24,000 bases of DNA, from assembly GCF_041287625.1 (NCBI RefSeq), contig NZ_JBGGNH010000073.1:165430-189429 (forward strand). The letters run 5' to 3'. The DNA is from Ideonella sp. (GTDB taxonomy: Bacteria > Pseudomonadota > Gammaproteobacteria > Burkholderiales > Burkholderiaceae_C). The notes under the pieces were generated by a model. The model was not told where the DNA came from. It saw only the letters and a program-made list of their open reading frames with translations, and made no database searches. This document shows, in pieces, positions 1 to 7,827 of the stretch; the stretch's first letter is position 1, and each line of letters starts with the position of its first letter. The translations under genes and the position numbers were made by a program.

Positions 1-1095
1 TGGTTGCCGGTGGCGCGGTGGGCGCCGGAGTTGCCGCTGGTGCGGTGGCTGCAGTCGCCCATCGTCGTGGCAACGCAGGTTGCGGGGCCACACCCTGCCC
101 CGCCACCCTCCTCCTGGCCGGCCGTGGCAGCCGCCGTGGCCGTTCTGTGGGCCCTAGGGGCCATGAGCTCCCTGGCCTTGGCCTGGCGTGCCCAGCAGCA
201 GTACCTGCACTCCCTGAGGCGGGACCATGACGGCACATGGCGCTCGCCCGCTGGCAGCAGCCCCGCAGAGGCCGGCGTGTGGCGCAGCCTGCTGGTATTG
301 CCCCAGGACTTCGAGCAGCGCTTCAGCGCTGCGGAGCAAACGCTGGTGCTGGCACACGAAGTCGTGCATCACCGCCGGCACGACAACGGCTGGCGCCTGC
401 TGGCGCTGCTGCTCTGCACGCTGCACTGGTTCAATCCGCTGGCCTGGCGCGCTGCCCGACGGCTGCGGCAGCACCAGGAGCTGGCCTGCGACGCCGCAGT
501 GCTGCGCCAACAGCCGCAAGCGCTGGCGGCCTATGCCAACGCACTGCTGAAGTCACACACCGCGGTTTCCGAAGTTCCTATCGCCAGCAGCGCCTGGCAA
601 TCCAACCACCCTTTGCTCGAAAGAGTCCGCATGCTCGAACTGCACACCACCCACGCTTCCCGCCGCACCACCGGCCGATGGCTGGCCTCCGCCTTGGCCG
701 TGCTCGGGGCCGGCGCTGTCTACGCCACGCATGTCCAGCCTCCCGAAGCTGCCGCCCAGGCCACCGCTTCCGTGATGCTCACGCTGAACCTCGCCAACGA
801 CGGCCTGCCCGGCGGCTCCCCGCAGGTGCTGACCAAGCTGGGCCAGCTCGCCACCGTGAAGATCTCGCCGAAGAACGGCGAACCCGGCGCGACCTGGGAG
901 ATCGATCTGCGAACCACGCAGTTAGCCGATGGCCGGCTGCAGGTGGAGAGCCACTACCGCACCGGCGAGCCGGCACGCGAAGTCGCGCCACACACGCAGG
1001 TCGTGGCACAGGACGAAACCTTCGAGTTCATCGTCAGCAATGCAGGGCACGTGCTGAGCGGCAACCTGACGCCGCACCTGCTCGCGGCTCGCTGA
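1..1095 (+). CDS. M56 family metallopeptidase (BlaR1/MecR1-like signal transducer), 5'-truncated by the window edge
   Basis: The frame is open from base 1. HEVVHHRRHDN (HExxH) is followed by LHWFNPLAW and ELACDAAV, typical of peptidase M56. A later TM segment (WLASALAVLGAGAVY) precedes a C-terminal extracytoplasmic domain. GC3 is high in this frame. Confidence 0.8.
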   Translation, partial: WLPVARWAPELPLVRWLQSPIVVATQVAGPHPAPPPSSWPAVAAAVAVLWALGAMSSLALAWRAQQQYLHSLRRDHDGTWRSPAGSSPAEAGVWRSLLVLPQDFEQRFSAAEQTLVLAHEVVHHRRHDNGWRLLALLLCTLHWFNPLAWRAARRLRQHQELACDAAVLRQQPQALAAYANALLKSHTAVSEVPIASSAWQSNHPLLERVRMLELHTTHASRRTTGRWLASALAVLGAGAVYATHVQPPEAAAQATASVMLTLNLANDGLPGGSPQVLTKLGQLATVKISPKNGEPGATWEIDLRTTQLADGRLQVESHYRTGEPAREVAPHTQVVAQDETFEFIVSNAGHVLSGNLTPHLLAAR

Positions 1096-1107
1096 GCGCA
1101 AGCCTCG

Positions 1108-1243
1108 GCGCTTGCCCTTCGCCTTCACCGTCATGTCCGCCGGCGCCACCGGCCCTTTCACCGCCGCCTGAGCCAGCTTGAAGAACACATCCGTGTTGTC
1201 GATCACACCGAAGAAGCTGAAGGCGCCGGGGCCCGAAGGCGGA
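1108..1243 (-). pseudogene. Displaced remnant (copy A) of the last ~45 codons of the alkaline phosphatase gene
   Basis: 136 nt align to 1903-2037 with 8 substitutions and a 1-nt insertion. It encodes GPGAFSFFGVIDNTDVFFKLAQAAVKGPVAPADMTVKAKGKR. The TGA stop is replaced by CGA, and there is no upstream gene body. Confidence 0.8.
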
Positions 1244-1270
1244 CAGGGGAACCTCGGTGCCCTATCGAAA

Positions 1271-1573
1271 TCAGCTGAGATCGGAGCGGGCTGCGCGGTC
1301 TTTGAGCATGCGCGCGAATTCCGAGTCCCGACCAACAAGGGCGTCTGCCAAGGGCCAACCAGGCGCGGTTTCGATGAGGTGCAGCAGCGACCACGCCAGT
1401 CCGAAGCAGCTGTCGTCACCGAGGAGTGCCACCAATGCACGGGCCTCCTCGTTGGCCAGCGGCGGTGGGATCTGCTCGACGAGCGCCTGAATCCGTTTCA
1501 GCGCTTCAACGGTTGCAGTTTGCTCATCAGGCAGCCGGCCCATTTCAACGAGTTCTTCGACGACGGTGCGCAT
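1271..1573 (-). CDS. Hypothetical 100-aa helical protein in a lower-GC insert; resembles small immunity-type proteins (weak)
   Basis: ATG-started ORF MRTVVEELVEMGRLPDEQ...LLHLIETAPGWP...SDLS. GC3 is visibly lower (many A/T-ending codons) than in flanking genes. It sits between two phosphatase 3'-end remnants. No domain was recognised with certainty. Confidence 0.5.
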   Translation of the reverse strand: MRTVVEELVEMGRLPDEQTATVEALKRIQALVEQIPPPLANEEARALVALLGDDSCFGLAWSLLHLIETAPGWPLADALVGRDSEFARMLKDRAARSDLS

Positions 1574-1588
1574 GGAAATCTCCCCGAT

Positions 1589-1800
1589 TCGGCGCTTGCC
1601 CTTTGCACCAGCATGTCACCTGCGCATCCGGCCAGCTCACAGCGGCCTGGGCCATCGTCGAGAGTACATCGCGCAGCGCCCTCACCGACGAAACTGAAAA
1701 CGCCAGACGGTCGGACAGGCCCTCAGCTGTGCGTTGCACCGCCACATCAAGGCGGCTCAGCACAGAACCCTTTGGAATGCCGATATTTCCGAGCCGTTCG
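1589..1800 (-). pseudogene. Strongly diverged remnant (copy C) of the alkaline phosphatase C-terminal region
   Basis: The minus-strand frame reads LGNIGIPKG...AVQRTAEGLSDRLAFSVSSVRALRDVLSTMAQAAVSWPDA. This is collinear with LGNFLIPGQ...AVHTATDVPLSAFGPGAFSFVGVIDNTDVFFKLAQAAVKGPVAPA of the intact gene. The metal-ligand His of HTATD is changed to Gln. The terminal 15 nt tcggcgcttgccctt are identical to copy A. Indels break the frame. Confidence 0.45.
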
Positions 1801-1899
1801 AGATGGAGATCGTCGAGCGAGCTCGCCGATTCGGCCGGAGCGCGAAAGAAAGAACTGGCTTCGAGCAGTTCAGCCCGAACAGGGAAGCCGCACCAGCGC

Positions 1900-3933
1900 T
1901 CAGCGCTTGCCCTTCGCCTTCACCGTCATGTCCGCCGGCGCCACCGGGCCCTTCACCGCGGCCTGGGCCAGCTTGAAGAACACGTCGGTGTTGTCGATCA
2001 CGCCGACGAAGCTGAAGGCGCCGGGGCCGAAGGCGGAGAGCGGGACGTCGGTGGCGGTGTGCACTGCCGATTCGCCGGGGACCTGGCCGGGGATCAGGAA
2101 GTTGCCCAGGCCGTCGCGTTCGGCCGGGTTTTCCGGGTACCACTTCAGCGGCTCGGCCTTCACCAGGGGCTGCTGGCTGTCCTTGACCGGCTGCGGGTTG
2201 CTGCGCCAGTCTTCGTAGCGGTCGGCATTGGCGCCGTAGGCGACCAGCAGGCGGAAGTCGATGTCGGTGGTTTCGGGATAGCCGTCGGCGGCGATGCGGT
2301 ACTTCGGGAAACCGGCTTGCTCGTAGACGCCCACCACCTTGTCGCGCAGGTTGGCCGAGCCGCCGGCCTTGCCGAGCTGCTGCAGCACCGCGTCGGTGAC
2401 GCGGCTGGCGCCGATCAGCGCAGCGCCGGAGCATTCATGGTCGGCGGTGACGATGACCAGCGTGTCGCCGCGGTCGCGGGCGAAGTCCTGCGCCACCTGC
2501 ACCGTGCGGTCGAACTCGATGGTGTCCAGCATCCAACGCTCGGTGTCCATGTTGTGCGCCTGCTTGTCAATGGACGCGCCTTCGATCATCAGCACGAAGC
2601 CTTGCGTCTGGCGGGCCAGCGTGGCCAGCGCCTTCTCGGCCATTTCGTCGAGCATGGGCTGGTCGGGGAAGCCGTAGTCGTCCACCACGCTACCGGTCAG
2701 GCCCTGCTTTTTGCCGCGTCGGCCGTCTATCTTGTCCAGCGCCACGTTCATGTTGGACAGCGAGAACAGGCCCAGCAGCTTGCCGCCCTTGGCCGCGTCC
2801 AGCTCGGTCTTGCTGGATGCGTACTGGAAGCCGGCACCCTGGAAGTCCTTGATCAGGTCGCGGTCCTTGTCCAGCGCGCCGGGCGAGATGCCCCAGCGCT
2901 TGGCGATCTCGGCGCGGTGCGGGTCGGCGGCGTCGAACACGTAGTCGGTCTTGTCGCCGCGGGCCGAGCCGGGCGTGGCAGACGGCAGGAACCACTTGCG
3001 GCCGCCGCCCATCAGCACGGTCAGCCCCGTGGCGCCGCGGTCGTCGAAGAACTGGTCGACGATGCCGGTGCCCGCGCCGCGGTTGCTGGTGTGCACCGCG
3101 TTGCCGGCCGGCGTGGCGTCGAACACATCGGCCGTGGTGACGATGCCCAGCGCCTTGCCCTGCGTGCGGTGCAGGTACTCCGAGAGGTACTCGATGCGCG
3201 GGTTGTCGAAGGCGTCCGTCGTGTCGTCCGGGAACACGCCCTCTTCATTGTTGTTGTTCTTGTTGCCCAGCACGTAGGAGGTCATGCCCGGCGAGGAGTC
3301 GGTCACCACCGAGTTCAGCGACGAGGTCTTGACCAGCGCGGTCGCCGGGAAGGTGTCCATCGCCAGCGGCGCGATGGCCTTGCCCTGCGCATAGCCGTTC
3401 TTCACGATGCGCGCCGCCGTGCGCTGCGCCGCGCCCATGCCGTCACCCAGCAGGATGATCACGTTCTTCACGGGCTTGCCCTGCGGCGTGCTGAACGGGA
3501 TCACATCGAAATTGCCCCGCGCGCTGAGCTTCTGCCCATCGTCCTGCTCGGCCTCGATGCTGAACTCATGCCGCCCGGTGGCCGCCACGCTGAAGGCGCG
3601 CAGCGAGGCAATCACCGCATTCGCCGGCACGCCGGTCGTGCAACCGCTGGCGCAGTCACGCAAGGTCACGTTCCCCGCCGCTGGCTTGCCATCCAGCAGG
3701 AAGCGCGCACCACTCAGGCTGCGGCCGGCGTCCGGCCGCAAGGTGGCTTGCAGGTCGAAGCGCTGGCCCGGCAGGAAGCGCGCAATGACCGGCTCCGGCC
3801 GGCCCGAGCTGAACAGCTCACTCGGCGGCGTGAGCCGGCTCACGCTGGGCGCTGCGATGGCGCCGAGCGGCGCCAGTGCCAGCAAGGCGATCAACTGGAG
3901 GCGGTGAATGCGGTCAGCGTTCATGGTGGGCAT
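1900..3933 (-). CDS. Secreted alkaline phosphatase (PhoA/PF00245 family) with an extra N-terminal domain
   Basis: Signal peptide MPTMNADRIHRLQLIALLALAPLGAIAAPS. Motifs present: ILLGDGMGAAQ, VTDSSPGMTSY, IVTADHECSG and AVHTATDVPLSAFGPGA. The start is ATG 3933 (alternative ATG at 3924); the track start at 4002 looks like upstream read-through. Confidence 0.9.
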   Translation of the reverse strand: MPTMNADRIHRLQLIALLALAPLGAIAAPSVSRLTPPSELFSSGRPEPVIARFLPGQRFDLQATLRPDAGRSLSGARFLLDGKPAAGNVTLRDCASGCTTGVPANAVIASLRAFSVAATGRHEFSIEAEQDDGQKLSARGNFDVIPFSTPQGKPVKNVIILLGDGMGAAQRTAARIVKNGYAQGKAIAPLAMDTFPATALVKTSSLNSVVTDSSPGMTSYVLGNKNNNNEEGVFPDDTTDAFDNPRIEYLSEYLHRTQGKALGIVTTADVFDATPAGNAVHTSNRGAGTGIVDQFFDDRGATGLTVLMGGGRKWFLPSATPGSARGDKTDYVFDAADPHRAEIAKRWGISPGALDKDRDLIKDFQGAGFQYASSKTELDAAKGGKLLGLFSLSNMNVALDKIDGRRGKKQGLTGSVVDDYGFPDQPMLDEMAEKALATLARQTQGFVLMIEGASIDKQAHNMDTERWMLDTIEFDRTVQVAQDFARDRGDTLVIVTADHECSGAALIGASRVTDAVLQQLGKAGGSANLRDKVVGVYEQAGFPKYRIAADGYPETTDIDFRLLVAYGANADRYEDWRSNPQPVKDSQQPLVKAEPLKWYPENPAERDGLGNFLIPGQVPGESAVHTATDVPLSAFGPGAFSFVGVIDNTDVFFKLAQAAVKGPVAPADMTVKAKGKR

Positions 3934-3964
3934 GGGTTGGATTGGATGAATGTCTCGCGCGAAT

Positions 3965-4417
3965 TCAGGGTTGGGCCAGCTGCAGTTCCAGCCAGGCCAC
4001 ACGCCCGTCCGGCGCCACCGTGCGCCCGTAATGCAACCTGCCCTGCAGATCGATCAACCCAGGCTGATGCGGCAGCACCCGCGACGCGTCCAGCAGCCGC
4101 ACCAGCACCGTGGCCGGCGGCAAGTCGTCCGCATCCCCATCCGCGTGCTCGCTCATCTGCACCGGCCGTGCCGTCAGCAGGAAGGCACCCGGCACTGCGT
4201 CTTCCTGCGCGACCATCCAGCCGACCAGGCGCACCTGCTGGTCCTGCGCCGCGAGCAGGCGATCGGTGGGCTGCAGGCCAGCGGCGCCGACGGGGGTCTG
4301 GAAGAAGTCGGCGAAGCGGAGGGTTTGGGCGGCGGTGTCCGCGGCTTGGGCGGCGGAAAGGCCGCAGACCAGCAGCAGGCTGCCAACGATGGAACTGAGG
4401 CGTCGGTTGTCGCGCAT
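3965..4417 (-). CDS. Secreted hypothetical protein (possibly DUF3299-like), first gene of the phosphatase operon
   Basis: ATG at 4417 gives MRDNRRLSSIVGSLLLVCGLSAAQA, a signal peptide. The gene ends 31 nt before the phosphatase start on the same strand. The family assignment is from memory only. Confidence 0.6.
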   Translation of the reverse strand: MRDNRRLSSIVGSLLLVCGLSAAQAADTAAQTLRFADFFQTPVGAAGLQPTDRLLAAQDQQVRLVGWMVAQEDAVPGAFLLTARPVQMSEHADGDADDLPPATVLVRLLDASRVLPHQPGLIDLQGRLHYGRTVAPDGRVAWLELQLAQP

Positions 4418-4457
4418 GGTGTGGGCGTAGGTCAACCGGTCATGATCGGGTGCGAGC

Positions 4458-4475
4458 ATGACAAGCCCGTGACGG
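4458..4475 (-). promoter_or_regulatory. Candidate Pho box (PhoB binding site) upstream of the phosphatase operon
   Basis: The minus strand reads CCGTCAC-GGGC-TTGTCAT, compared with the consensus CTGTCAT-N4-CTGTCA(C/T). That is 11/14 matches in the two 7-mers, about 40 nt upstream of ATG 4417. Confidence 0.3.
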
Positions 4476-4593
4476 CGAAAAACCCGGTTCGCATGGTCGT
4501 CCGGGCCGGGATTCCGCAAGGCTCAGCGGGGCTCACCAACGAAGGCCTCGGAGGCCGGTAACATCGCCCGGCCCGAGGGGAGGAGCCGGTGCC

Positions 4594-7500
4594 ATGAGAA
4601 GAATTGCATTTGCCACGCTGTACCGTGCGCAACCGCGTGAGCGGCAGTGCGTGATCGAGGTCGTCGAGTTGGACCTGCCGGCGCAGTCTGCAAGCCGATA
4701 CGTGGTGACGCTGCGCCAGGGCTTGCTCAAGGGCGGCGTGGTGCTGGACCCTCAGGAGTCTTCGCTGACCGCGAGGCCCTGCACGCTGGACGAGGCCCAG
4801 CGTCGCGCGATTGACTTCATTCAACGCCGGCTCGCCGCAGCCGAACGGCTGCAACAGCACGAGGGCCTGCCCGGCCTCGCCACTGCCGAACCGCCTGCGC
4901 CATCGAACGCCGCTGCCGTAAAGGCGCCGGCCAGTGACGCCGTGCCGCCCAGCATCGCTGCGCTGGTGGCCCGCTTCGCTCCCGAGCGCTGGCAACTGCT
5001 GCCGGCATCGCAGTGGTCCCGCGCCGTGTGGCGCGTCGCCGAATGCAGCGATGCTGCCGGTGGTGCGGGCCAGCGTGCGCTGGTGGCGCTGGTGCCGCGC
5101 CTGGTCGAACTGCTGGAGAGCGGCGACGACCTGCTGGACCTGTGCATTGCCGTGGCCGTCGCCCGGCTGGGCGACGGCGGTGCCGCGGTGGCGATGCAGG
5201 CGCTGGCAGGCCGAGGCCGCAGCCCGGCCACGCGGCGCACGGCGCACCAGGCCTGGCTGATGCTGCAAACGCCCGAGGCCCTGCGCGCGCATGCCGAGGG
5301 CCTGCTGCCCGAGTGGCAGGCCGAGGTCGAAAGCAGCGAGCGCAGCGTGGCGCAAGTCGCTGCGCTGCAGGACCGCGTGACGGCCCGCGGGCCGGGTTGG
5401 GTGCCGCTGCTGGGCGACTGGTATGACCTGGCGCTGGTGCGCCCGGCGGCGCGGGCCAGCCTGCTCGCATTGCTGGCCGAGTTGCCGCTGCAGCCCGGCC
5501 CGTTCCAGGCACTGCGCTACCTGTACAAGGCAGCCGAGATTCGCCGCGATGCGCCGGTGCTGGGCCTGCTGCATGCACGCTTCGAGAACACTCGCGCCTA
5601 TTTCAACCGCCCGGCCTACAGCGGCAACGGCTTCACCGATCCGGCCACAAAGCGCTGGGTCAAGACCCCCATTGCCAAAGAACTGAGCCGGCCCCAGCCG
5701 CGCCTGGCCTACAGCGACGCAACACGCGATTACCTGCGCCTGCGCGGCTGGCGCACGCTGCGGCGGCTGGCGGCCATCGGTCACTCGCACGCACCCGAGT
5801 TGGCGGTGCAACTGCTGCTTGGGTTGGCGGACGATGCGTTGCCAGCGGCGCGCGTGGAAGCCCGCTGGGATCGCGTCGAAGGCCGGTACCAGCGGCATGA
5901 CCGGCAGTACCACCCTGCCGCCTACTGGCTGCTGGTGCCCAAGCTGCTGCTGGCGCAAGCGCCGGGGGTGCATGTGAGCGCCCGCGGCAAGCGCTGGTGG
6001 ACCGACCAGCCGCTGGACACCAGCGCCGCGCTGCCCCAACGCAGCGAGGGCCTGCAGGACATGTGGAACGCCCACCCTGAAGCGCTGCTCGCATTGGCGC
6101 TGCAAAGCCGCAGCGCGCTGGTGCATGCGGTGGTGGCGAGGGCGCTGCAGGACCACGCCGGGTTCGTTGCGCAGCAACCGGTGGCCGTGCTGAAGGAGCT
6201 GCTGCAAAGCGCGCATGCGCCGACTGCCCGCGTCGGCTTCGAAGCCGTGCGTGCCCGCGTGTTGGCCAGCAGTGCGCTACAGGACCAGGTGCCGTGGCTG
6301 CTGCTGCTCGTGCAGAGCAGCGACGGCGCGGCCCGCGAGTTCGCCTTCGTGCACATCGCCTCGGACCCGGCCGGCTTTGCGGCGCATGCCGAACTGGTGG
6401 TGGCACTGCTGCTGTCGGCCCACGAACGCACACGGCGCCAGGGCCAGGGCCTGGCCTTGATCGCCTCGGCGCCGGCCCTGGTCAACGAACTGCAAGGCGC
6501 GCTGCTGGCCGCCGATGCCGATGCCCCGGGCCTGCGCGACGGCCTGGTGCTGGTGGAACAGTTGCTGCGCGGCCCGCTGGCCGAGGCTGCGGCGCAAGCG
6601 CCGACCGAAGCACTGCTGTGCCTGCTCGACCATGCCGACGCCGGCGTGCTGCACCTGGCCGTCGTGTGGCTGCTGCTGCATGCCCATGGCGCCGCGTTGG
6701 TGGCGCCGGCCACGCTGGCGCGGCTGCTGGTGGACGAGGACCCTTACCGCCGCGCCTCGGGTGTGCGGCTGCTCGCGGCACTGCCTGACGAGGTGCTGCG
6801 CACGCAGGCCGAGCTGCTGAGCGACCTGGCCGTGAGCCCGCATGCGGGCATTCGCGAAGCCTTGGCGCCGGCCTTGCTGCGGCTGGCGGACGACCCGGCT
6901 TTCGCCTCGGCCCTGGCCGCTCGACTGCATGCCTCGCTGTTCACCAGCGAGACCGGCGACGGCCAACACGAGGACGCGCTGCGCTGGCTCACCACCACGC
7001 TGCAGACCCATGCGCCTGCGCGCGACGCCTCGGGCGCCTGGCGCGCATTGCATGCGCAAAGCGCGGGCGCGCAGCTTTACGGCGCCTGGGCATTGGCATC
7101 TCTGCCCAGCACCGAGTTCAGCCTCAAGCAACAGGCCACGCTGGCCCGCCATGCGGACGCGGCTGTGCGCGCCTGGGCGATGGCCGCAATCGACCGCACG
7201 CTGCCGGCGGTGCCCAGCCCGGAACAGTCTGCCCAGCTCCTGCCGCTGGCCGACACGCTGTTCGACGACGCCCGCGCCTATGCCCACCAGTTGTTCGCCG
7301 AGCGCCTGCCGGATGCAGCGCTGACGCCCGAGCTGCTGATCGCCTGGGTCGACCACCCGCAGCCCTGGGTGCAGGCGCTGGGCCGCAGCCGCCTCGTGCG
7401 CCGCATGGCCGCCGGCGAGGCCAGCCTGTGCCTCACCCGGCTGAGCCAGCACCCGAGCGCCAGCGTGCAGCTCTTTGTCACGCAATGGCTGCTGGAACTG

Positions 7501-7827
7501 CCGCGGGACGACGACGCCCAGCTCGCGGCGCGCCTGCGCGAATTGACGCCCTACTTCCTCACCGTGCTGAGCCAGGTGAACCGCAGCCGCGTCGCCAAGT
7601 CCCGCATCACCGCCTTCCTGCGTAAGGCGAGCGACGCGCCGCAAGCCGCTGCAGTGGTGGCCGAGATCTTTGCGCGCCAGGTGGTGACCTGCAGCCTGAC
7701 CGACAAGCCGCAATACATCGCCGGGCTGCGCGACATTGCCGCGCACCATCCGCAGATCGCCCTGCCCTTCATCGCCTGGGCGCCGCCACCGGTGCGCAGC
7801 GCGGCCAACGCCACGGAGGGCGCATGA
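4594..7827 (+). CDS. Large (1077 aa) Leu/Ala-rich helical-repeat protein with a degenerate WGR-like N-terminal domain (MolR/YehI-like partner of SWIM proteins)
   Basis: ATG is preceded by GGAGGAG. GC3 is high throughout. The N-terminal ~90 aa have WGR-like topology (CVIEVVELDL...RYVVTLRQGLLKGG...LDEAQRRAIDFIQRRL), but the W-G-R triad reads R-Q-G. The rest is HEAT/ARM-like repetitive helices. The stop overlaps the next gene's start (ATGA). Confidence 0.75.
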   Translation: MRRIAFATLYRAQPRERQCVIEVVELDLPAQSASRYVVTLRQGLLKGGVVLDPQESSLTARPCTLDEAQRRAIDFIQRRLAAAERLQQHEGLPGLATAEPPAPSNAAAVKAPASDAVPPSIAALVARFAPERWQLLPASQWSRAVWRVAECSDAAGGAGQRALVALVPRLVELLESGDDLLDLCIAVAVARLGDGGAAVAMQALAGRGRSPATRRTAHQAWLMLQTPEALRAHAEGLLPEWQAEVESSERSVAQVAALQDRVTARGPGWVPLLGDWYDLALVRPAARASLLALLAELPLQPGPFQALRYLYKAAEIRRDAPVLGLLHARFENTRAYFNRPAYSGNGFTDPATKRWVKTPIAKELSRPQPRLAYSDATRDYLRLRGWRTLRRLAAIGHSHAPELAVQLLLGLADDALPAARVEARWDRVEGRYQRHDRQYHPAAYWLLVPKLLLAQAPGVHVSARGKRWWTDQPLDTSAALPQRSEGLQDMWNAHPEALLALALQSRSALVHAVVARALQDHAGFVAQQPVAVLKELLQSAHAPTARVGFEAVRARVLASSALQDQVPWLLLLVQSSDGAAREFAFVHIASDPAGFAAHAELVVALLLSAHERTRRQGQGLALIASAPALVNELQGALLAADADAPGLRDGLVLVEQLLRGPLAEAAAQAPTEALLCLLDHADAGVLHLAVVWLLLHAHGAALVAPATLARLLVDEDPYRRASGVRLLAALPDEVLRTQAELLSDLAVSPHAGIREALAPALLRLADDPAFASALAARLHASLFTSETGDGQHEDALRWLTTTLQTHAPARDASGAWRALHAQSAGAQLYGAWALASLPSTEFSLKQQATLARHADAAVRAWAMAAIDRTLPAVPSPEQSAQLLPLADTLFDDARAYAHQLFAERLPDAALTPELLIAWVDHPQPWVQALGRSRLVRRMAAGEASLCLTRLSQHPSASVQLFVTQWLLELPRDDDAQLAARLRELTPYFLTVLSQVNRSRVAKSRITAFLRKASDAPQAAAVVAEIFARQVVTCSLTDKPQYIAGLRDIAAHHPQIALPFIAWAPPPVRSAANATEGA

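Noticed and set aside
922-1440. A 172-aa minus-strand ORF containing the phosphatase-like C-terminal peptide.
   Set aside because: It is a chimera. It reads from the lower-GC insert through the displaced phosphatase remnant (copy A, which has lost its stop), then runs antisense into the 3' end of the M56 peptidase gene. It is not a credible gene.
1900-3933. Whether the alkaline-phosphatase-family gene could be a PglZ-type component of a BREX-like defence system next to the retron block.
   Set aside because: It has a cleavable signal peptide and the full PhoA-type catalytic motif set. It lies on the opposite strand in an operon with another secreted protein, with a Pho-box-like site upstream. 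No other BREX genes are present.
1426-4398. A 990-aa + strand ORF, and similar long ORFs at 4432-6216 (-), 6277-7749 (-), 7736-9490 (+), 8109-9476 (-), 9685-11178 (-), 12377-13846 (-) and 15211-16399 (+).
   Set aside because: They are shadow frames typical of very high-GC DNA. They are Arg/Ala/Gly/Pro/His-rich with low complexity and no recognisable motifs. Each fully overlaps a gene on the other strand or frame that has clear family signatures and better third-position GC.
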